The notes below the pieces were generated by a model, which did no database searches, had not been told where the DNA came from, and saw nothing but the letters and a program-made list of their open reading frames with translations. Of a stretch of DNA of 64,000 bases, positions 58,768 through 64,000 are shown piece after piece; position 1 is the stretch's first letter, and the number at the start of each line of letters is the position of its first letter. Origin of the DNA: Candidatus Uhrbacteria bacterium. GTDB taxonomy: Bacteria > Patescibacteriota > Patescibacteriia > UBA9934 > GWF2-40-263. Where the stretch lies: assembly GCA_026395055.1 (NCBI GenBank), contig JAPLZK010000004.1:82805-146804 (forward strand). Reading direction: 5' to 3'. A program made the position numbers and the translations under genes.

Positions 58768-59931
58768 ATGAGTACACAGCTTGCGGCGCCCAGTGTGCAA
58801 AAGAAACGTCCGGATTGGCAGACGGAATCCATCTATCTGACGGTTCTGTACTTGCTTATCGAATGTCGGCAGAAGTTGCCGGTCATGTCGGACAATACAA
58901 CCGATGTCGGTTTCATCGAAAACGAACTCGGGGAAATGTACGCGAAGGGTCTCATCAAGATCAACGGCCCCTACTGGGAAGCGACGGACAAAAACGATCG
59001 CGACGTCAGTGGGAAGTTGGTTGGTGCGGCAAATGGCATTGCCTTCTTGGGTAAAGCGGTCGCCATGTGTGACCAGCTCATGAAGTTCGAGATTTTCGGC
59101 GGAGTTCGCCTGCAACAGGAGCTCAAGCCGCATGAACGTCTCGACGAAGATCCGTATCAGGTTCGTGATCACATCTGGGATCCGCGCTTCGTGGGTCCAA
59201 AGGAAGAAGATCCGGATGCGACCGATATGCGCATTGCGCAGATGATGTTCTTTTCGGAAATGATGTCGGATCAGATTGACGGCGTCGTCGATCCTCACCG
59301 CATCGTGTTTCTGCAAAAGCTCGCGTCGGGCCGACTCAAGGGGAAGGACTTCTGGTTCGACCTCAGGCTCGGTACGTTCTTCAAGGAAGTGGAAGCGATC
59401 GTCGCTTCTGCGTATGAGTGGCGTCAGATTGTTCCGGACGACGAGGCTCAGGCCATCGAAGTCATGAAGACCCTGTACGCCGCCGGCATGATCGAGAATC
59501 GCAAGCGCGCTCTCGACGCTGGCGAATGTTCCAACTGTCACATTCCGCTCGCGCTGTTCGAAGAAGAAGCCCGTAAAAACGGTGGTACGCTTCACGAGTG
59601 TCCGAATCCGGAATGCGGCGCAAGCTTTGATCCTCCGGCACCGCAAGGTTCGTCGGAAGCGTGTGCGTGCTGTGGCGAAGACATTTGGCCCGGCCAACGT
59701 CAGTGCTCTGGCTGCGGCGCAATCGTGGATCGTCGCTACACGCCCGGCAAGGTTGTGGAAACAGAACGTGTCACCACCTCGACGACCGTCGGCACGGTGT
59801 ATGATCCGTACTACGACACCTGGGGCTACGGCTACGGGTACTACGGTTATGCGCCGTACGGCTACTACGATCCCTGGAATCCGGTTGCCGACGTCGTCGC
59901 CTTCGGAATTCTCTGCGCAGTTCTTCTGTAG
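58768..59931 (+). CDS. hypothetical protein with zinc-ribbon-like CxxC pairs and Tyr/Gly-rich C-terminus plus C-terminal TM; lies in the high-GC island
   Basis: Strong RBS AAGGAGGAAGAG. CSNCH...CPNPEC...CACCGE...CSGCG. GYGYGYYGYAPYGYYDPWNP. Terminal hydrophobic segment VAFGILCAVLL. Confidence 0.5.
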   Translation: MSTQLAAPSVQKKRPDWQTESIYLTVLYLLIECRQKLPVMSDNTTDVGFIENELGEMYAKGLIKINGPYWEATDKNDRDVSGKLVGAANGIAFLGKAVAMCDQLMKFEIFGGVRLQQELKPHERLDEDPYQVRDHIWDPRFVGPKEEDPDATDMRIAQMMFFSEMMSDQIDGVVDPHRIVFLQKLASGRLKGKDFWFDLRLGTFFKEVEAIVASAYEWRQIVPDDEAQAIEVMKTLYAAGMIENRKRALDAGECSNCHIPLALFEEEARKNGGTLHECPNPECGASFDPPAPQGSSEACACCGEDIWPGQRQCSGCGAIVDRRYTPGKVVETERVTTSTTVGTVYDPYYDTWGYGYGYYGYAPYGYYDPWNPVADVVAFGILCAVLL

Positions 59932-59989
59932 GAACTCATTCTCGCGATCTCTCACAAAGAGGTCGTTTTTTTCTTTCTTGTTTCGAGAT

Positions 59990-60019
59990 ATTAAAAATCC
60001 CCACGCGAGCGAGGGGATT
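59990..60019 (-). terminator. rho-independent terminator for the minus-strand coiled-coil gene
   Basis: AATCCCC-TCGCTCGCGT-GGGGATT followed by TTTTTAAT on the minus strand; overlaps the stop codon. Confidence 0.65.
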
Positions 60020-60548
60020 AAATGGCGAATTTGAGGAATTTTTTATCTGCCGCTCGAATTCCTTGTATAATTTCGTGCTTAAGGTCTGCGAACTTGGCGT
60101 CGAATCTGTCTGTGAAGTGGAGAAGATCCGCTTTTGTGGCAAAACGATTCAGATCTTCTTTTGTGGCAAAACGATTTAAATCTGTGGCTATTTTTGTCTC
60201 AAGTTTTGCGATAGCCTGTTCCAATTCTATTTTTGTTGCGGCAGTTTCAATGATCCATTCGAATTTTTCTTCTGTTTCTGTTTTAAATTCGTGCATCTCA
60301 GATTTAAATTCGTTCATTTCTGATTTAAACTCATGCATCTCGGATTTAAACTCGTGCATTTCTTGGCGAAAGGATTTGTTTTCCGATTTGGATTCTGTGA
60401 GTTCTGTTTTAACGTATGCTAAAACTTCTAAAATTTTCTTGTTTGTTTCATCTATGTTATTTAATCGAACATCAATACCACCCAATCGTGTTTCTACGCG
60501 ATCAAAACGATGTTCGATATTTGATGTTTGATCAAGTTTGCTTGTCAT
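60018..60548 (-). CDS. coiled-coil protein with internal tandem repeats (4 x EMHEFKS-like, 2 x DLNRFATK)
   Basis: SFRQEMHEFKSEMHEFKSEMNEFKSEMHEFKTE, encoded by 21-nt tandem DNA repeats at about 60285-60370. No TM helices. Confidence 0.5.
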   Translation of the reverse strand: MTSKLDQTSNIEHRFDRVETRLGGIDVRLNNIDETNKKILEVLAYVKTELTESKSENKSFRQEMHEFKSEMHEFKSEMNEFKSEMHEFKTETEEKFEWIIETAATKIELEQAIAKLETKIATDLNRFATKEDLNRFATKADLLHFTDRFDAKFADLKHEIIQGIRAADKKFLKFAI

Positions 60549-60648
60549 AAGATCTTGGTTTTAAAACTCTCGAATATTTTTTATTCAAGAGTTTTACTGC
60601 TTTTATTTCACCAAAAAATTTTACGTTTGTCAATGCATCGTCTGTGGA

Positions 60649-61194
60649 TTAATGGTGATGATGAACAAAAGGTTCTGCGTTTGTTTTGTATGTCAGAGTT
60701 ACAATTCCATTCTCACGTTCTTGTTTCGAGATGAACTTCAGTTTCTCAAGAAAATTATCCTCCGCGAACACACGCTTTCCTTCGCCCACGAGAACAGGTT
60801 CGATATTTAAAATGATTTCGTTCACGAGACGTGTCTTGAGGAATGCTGTGTTCACCATCGAACCTCCGCACACAAATGCGTGATCAAATCCAGACTCGGC
60901 AAGAAAGTGCATGGCTTCGTCAGGGGAGGGGAGAACTACAAATTCAGGACCGACTTCCATGTTTACATCGCTCGAGAGAATGATTTTTGTGACACCGGCA
61001 ATATCCTGAAATCCAATCTCTTCATTCCAGCTTTTAATCGCCTCATACGTTTTTCTTCCAATGATCACATTGCCATATTCATGACAAAATCGAACATAAT
61101 CCGCCCAGTGTGCGTTTGAGATAAAGTCTTCCTCGCCATTTTCGCGCGCAATGAATCCGTTGACCGACATGGCCATGAAGAGGGTGGTGTGCAT
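60649..61194 (-). CDS. dihydrofolate-reductase-like (RibD C-terminal domain family) protein
   Basis: MAMSVNGFIARENGEED...HWADYVRF...IIGRKTYE...VCGGSMVNTAFL pattern. Ends in a natural HHHH. Confidence 0.6.
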   Translation of the reverse strand: MHTTLFMAMSVNGFIARENGEEDFISNAHWADYVRFCHEYGNVIIGRKTYEAIKSWNEEIGFQDIAGVTKIILSSDVNMEVGPEFVVLPSPDEAMHFLAESGFDHAFVCGGSMVNTAFLKTRLVNEIILNIEPVLVGEGKRVFAEDNFLEKLKFISKQERENGIVTLTYKTNAEPFVHHHH

Positions 61195-61286
61195 AATGAT
61201 TGGATTATAACAAAAAACCAGGGTTTTTGTCTTTAAAGAAGGGTTGATTATTTTTTACGAATCCCGTAAGCTATCGGCACCTTCAT

Positions 61287-61381
61287 GGAGAGATACCCAA
61301 GAGGCTGAAGGGGGGAGATTGCTAATCTCCTAGGTCGGTTTTAAACCCGGCGCGAGGGTTCAAATCCCTCTCTCTCCGCCA
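61287..61381 (+). tRNA. tRNA-Ser (anticodon GCT)
   Basis: GGAGAGA acceptor stem, anticodon loop TTGCTAA, long variable arm, encoded CCA. Confidence 0.85.
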
Positions 61382-61480
61382 TTCGACTCGCTTCGCTCGC
61401 TCATGGTCGTTGACCATGCAAGAGCGCATGTGAGTCGAATGTCCTGAGCCTGTCGAAGGGCTTACTACAATTTCAACCAA

Positions 61481-61569
61481 GGAGAGGTGGCCGAGTGGTT
61501 GATGGCAACAGTCTTGAAAACTGTCGAAGTTAATAGCTTCCGCGAGTTCGAATCTCGCCCTCTCCGCCA
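61481..61569 (+). tRNA. tRNA-Ser (anticodon TGA)
   Basis: GGAGAGG acceptor stem, anticodon loop CTTGAAA, long variable arm, T-loop TTCGAAT, encoded CCA. Confidence 0.85.
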
Positions 61570-61571
61570 GA

Positions 61572-61606
61572 CAAAAATACCGAGTATAAACTATTCGGTA
61601 TTTTTG
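61572..61606 (+). terminator. rho-independent terminator after the tRNA-Ser pair
   Basis: ATACCGAGTA-TAAAC-TATTCGGTAT followed by TTTTTGTTT. Confidence 0.8.
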
Positions 61607-61690
61607 TTTGGCGGAGCCAAACCGAAGGTTTGGAAAACTTGCGAAGCAAGTTTCAGGGCGAGACCTCCCATCTCGCCCTCTTCACTAGAA

Positions 61691-61748
61691 TCCAAGCGTG
61701 AGCTTATGTTTCGCCCTCCCCACCAAACTCCAAGCGTAAGCTTACGTT
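61691..61748 (+). promoter_or_regulatory. two direct 20-bp repeats, each containing a palindrome, upstream of the pirin gene (candidate operator pair)
   Basis: TCCAAGCGTGAGCTTATGTT at 61691-61710 and TCCAAGCGTAAGCTTACGTT at 61729-61748. The second contains the perfect 12-bp palindrome CGTAAGCTTACG. Confidence 0.45.
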
Positions 61749-61768
61749 CTCTGATAGAATCAGTTTAT

Positions 61769-62485
61769 ATGTCCACACGTTTTTATCCCAACAATGAGCG
61801 AGGAACTTCCGACATTGGCTGGCTTTCCTCAAAGTTTAGTTTTAGCTTTGCAGATTTTTATGATCCAGATTTGGAAGAATTCGGTACGCTTCGTGTTTTG
61901 AATGACGACACAATCACGCCAAACGCAGGTTTTCCTCCGCACTCGCATCGTGATATGGAAATTATCACCATTCCAATTCGTGGAGCATTGAAACATGAAG
62001 ATAGTATGGGACACTCCGAGGTTGTATCGGCGGGGGAGGTTCAAGTGATGTCTGCTGGATCTGGGGTGATGCATTCCGAGTTTAATGCGAGTGCAACAGA
62101 ACCTGTTTCTCTTTTTCAAATTTGGATTCAGACGGCTGTTCGAGGGGTGACTCCTCGATATGATCAGAAGCGATTCGACTGGCAGAGCGCACCGCATAAT
62201 CAACTTCAGTTGATTGTCTCGAACGATGCACGTGATGAATCACTTATGATTCATCAGAACGCATTCTTCTCGATTGGAATATATGATGCAGCACAAAAGG
62301 GAACGTATAAATTACAGAATGCATCGAACGGCATTTATCTATTTGTGATCGATGGCCGCATTCATGTTGGTGATCAGGAGCTCACATCTCGAGATGCGCT
62401 TGGAGTGACAGACGCATCGCAAATAGATTTCGAGACAATCGCTTTGGACACGCAAATTTTACTGATCGAAGTTCCGATGACATAG
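61769..62485 (+). CDS. pirin-family cupin protein
   Basis: GFPPHSHRDMEIITIPIRGALKHEDSMG...VMHSE is the pirin signature. The listed ORF start at 61487 lies inside tRNA-Ser, so the ATG at 61769 is preferred. Confidence 0.75.
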   Translation: MSTRFYPNNERGTSDIGWLSSKFSFSFADFYDPDLEEFGTLRVLNDDTITPNAGFPPHSHRDMEIITIPIRGALKHEDSMGHSEVVSAGEVQVMSAGSGVMHSEFNASATEPVSLFQIWIQTAVRGVTPRYDQKRFDWQSAPHNQLQLIVSNDARDESLMIHQNAFFSIGIYDAAQKGTYKLQNASNGIYLFVIDGRIHVGDQELTSRDALGVTDASQIDFETIALDTQILLIEVPMT

Positions 62486-62524
62486 TTTTTGTTTTCCCTT
62501 CATTCACGATAGAATGGGTGTGTT

Positions 62525-62779
62525 ATGAAAAAACTTTGGTTTAAGGCAAAGCAATACGGTTGGGGATGGTATCCGGCAACCTGGCAAGGTTGGCTCGTGC
62601 TACTTGGGTTTCTTGTACTCGATTTCGGAAATGTGTTTCGGTTGGATGTGAAACACGGAAGTTCGCCAGCTGTTGCTAGAGAATTTTTTATTGAGACAAT
62701 CATTCTCGTCATCGTGTTGATTTGGATTTGTTATCGAACGGGTGAGAAACCACGTTGGAGCTGGGGAGTTAAAAAATAA
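62525..62779 (+). CDS. small membrane protein, unknown function
   Basis: Two hydrophobic helices, Trp-rich. Compact spacing before uppP. Confidence 0.35.
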   Translation: MKKLWFKAKQYGWGWYPATWQGWLVLLGFLVLDFGNVFRLDVKHGSSPAVAREFFIETIILVIVLIWICYRTGEKPRWSWGVKK

Positions 62780-62787
62780 TTATTTCT

Positions 62788-63579
62788 ATGTTTCTATTTT
62801 TGAAAGCCATTATTCTTGGAGTCGTTGAGGGGATCACAGAATTTCTCCCTATCTCATCCACAGGTCACCTCATTATCGTAAACCAATGGGTTGCATTTGA
62901 TCCGGCGTTCACAAAGTTGTTTGATGTTGTGATCCAACTCGGAGCAATTCTCGCGGTCGTTGTGTATTTTCGAAAAGAAATTTGTCCGTGCACAGCGAGC
63001 AAAGAAAAACGTCCAGAGATTTTTGCGCTTTGGAAAAAACTCATCATCGGCGTGATCCCCGCGATTATTCTTGGAGTGCTCTTTGCAAGTAAGATCGAAG
63101 AGAAGCTCTTTAATCCCATCACGGTTGCAATCGCCCTTATTCTTGGTGGAATCATTTTGATTCTCGTCGAAAAACGAACGCACAAAGAAGTATTTACCAC
63201 CATCAAGCAACTCGATGTCAAAACCGTTTTGTTGATTGGACTCTTTCAGTGTCTCGCCATGATTCCGGGAACATCCCGCAGTGCGGCAACAATCGTTGGG
63301 GCACTTTTACTCGGGGCATCTCGCGTCGTTGCGGTTGAATTTTCATTCTTTCTCGCAATTCCAACCATGATCGCCGCATCTGCATACGATCTCCTTAAAC
63401 ATTGGCACGCAATGTCGAGCATGGACCTCGCTGTTCTTGCAGTCGGATTCCTCACAACATTCTTTGTGGCACTGCTTGTCATCTCAAAGTTAATGCAATT
63501 CATTCGAAAACATTCTCTCACGGCATTTGGGCATTATCGTATCGTGCTTGGATTATTGATTCTGCTATTTTTGAAATAG
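62788..63579 (+). CDS. uppP: undecaprenyl-diphosphate phosphatase (UppP/BacA)
   Basis: AIILGVVEGITEFLPISSTGHLII, PGTSRSAATI. Confidence 0.85.
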   Translation: MFLFLKAIILGVVEGITEFLPISSTGHLIIVNQWVAFDPAFTKLFDVVIQLGAILAVVVYFRKEICPCTASKEKRPEIFALWKKLIIGVIPAIILGVLFASKIEEKLFNPITVAIALILGGIILILVEKRTHKEVFTTIKQLDVKTVLLIGLFQCLAMIPGTSRSAATIVGALLLGASRVVAVEFSFFLAIPTMIAASAYDLLKHWHAMSSMDLAVLAVGFLTTFFVALLVISKLMQFIRKHSLTAFGHYRIVLGLLILLFLK

Positions 63580-63580
63580 T

Positions 63581-64000
63581 ATGAATAGAAGATTTGTTCC
63601 TTGGGTTTTATCGATCGCGATTGTCAGTTGTTTATGTTTGATTATTGCTGTCACGGTTCAACAGTCTTACAGACAAAGTGCGAATGATCCGCAGATTCAA
63701 CTCGCGGAAGATATGTCTGCCGCATTTTCAAACAATCAATTTACGGACGAGACTATTAAGTCTAGTTTTGAATCGTTTGTTCCAGGTAAGATGCAAGTGG
63801 ATATCGGTTCGAGCTTGTTACCTTGGATTCAAGTGTATGATGAATCGGGTGAGGTTCTGTATTCATCTGTAAGTATCTCGGATGTACAATCTACGCCGCG
63901 CGTTCCAAGAGGAATCCTTGAGTGGGTTACAAAACACGGTGAAGATCGCGTGACATGGCAACCACAAAAAGATCTTCGCCAAGCAATTGTTGTGACGAAG
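63581..64000 (+). CDS. membrane-anchored protein, unknown function; 3' end beyond window
   Basis: ATG at 63581. The frame stays open to the window end (MNRRFVPWVLSIAIVSCLCLIIAVTVQQSY...). It is absent from the supplied track because no stop occurs inside the window. Confidence 0.4.
   Translation, partial: MNRRFVPWVLSIAIVSCLCLIIAVTVQQSYRQSANDPQIQLAEDMSAAFSNNQFTDETIKSSFESFVPGKMQVDIGSSLLPWIQVYDESGEVLYSSVSISDVQSTPRVPRGILEWVTKHGEDRVTWQPQKDLRQAIVVTK

Noticed and set aside
58738-59955. 405-aa minus-strand ORF (and 57607-58218 minus) in the high-GC island
   Set aside because: Long antisense frames are expected in about 60% GC DNA. The product is Arg-rich nonsense. The plus-strand genes have strong RBSs, a signal peptide and coherent motifs.
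60649-60663. C-terminal HHHH on the DHFR-like protein, possible engineered His-tag
   Set aside because: It is only four histidines, with native codons (cat cat cac cat), in an otherwise natural genomic context. It is not a cloning-vector signature.
61382-61480. Nested hairpins in the spacer between the two tRNA-Ser genes
   Set aside because: This is typical of tRNA-tRNA processing spacers. Nothing suggests an additional gene.
61487-61768. N-terminal extension of the pirin ORF as listed in the track
   Set aside because: The extension begins inside tRNA-Ser(TGA) and spans the terminator. The true start is the ATG at 61769.

Overview
The window reads as one contiguous chromosomal segment of a small-genome bacterium. 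Background GC is about 40-47%, the genetic code is standard (prfB carries the classic UGA +1 frameshift site) and genes are tightly packed, mostly on the + strand. The gene content looks Candidate-Phyla-Radiation/Patescibacteria-like by eye. That impression rests on a 3221-aa cysteine-rich surface protein, a Gram-positive-type VirB4/VirB3/VirB6 cluster next to comFC, and very sparse metabolism. Housekeeping genes I recognise are valS, argS, serS, nusA, yidC, groES-groEL (preceded by a CIRCE operator), prfB, rsmA/ksgA, tsaC, uppP, a bactofilin and a GalE-like epimerase. There are four tRNAs (Leu-GAG, Val-TAC, Ser-GCT, Ser-TGA) and many clear rho-independent terminators. Accessory content includes a 1074-aa lipoprotein with MopE-like Cys repeats and FG-GAP repeats that carries a 2x162-bp near-identical tandem duplication. 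There is also a secreted-protein and Ser/Thr-kinase neighbourhood and an M23 peptidase behind a 450-nt structured leader. A roughly 9-kb T4SS-like module (VirB6-like, unknown 585-aa protein, PrgI/VirB3-like, VirB4, VirB8-like candidate) ends in ComFC. It is followed by a 2.3-kb island of about 60% GC encoding two low-complexity proteins. A recurrent G-tract/C-tract inverted-repeat element sits immediately upstream of at least two start codons. No CRISPR array, rRNA, transposase or integrase was seen. All calls come from reading the sequence and ORF translations by eye; no searches were run.
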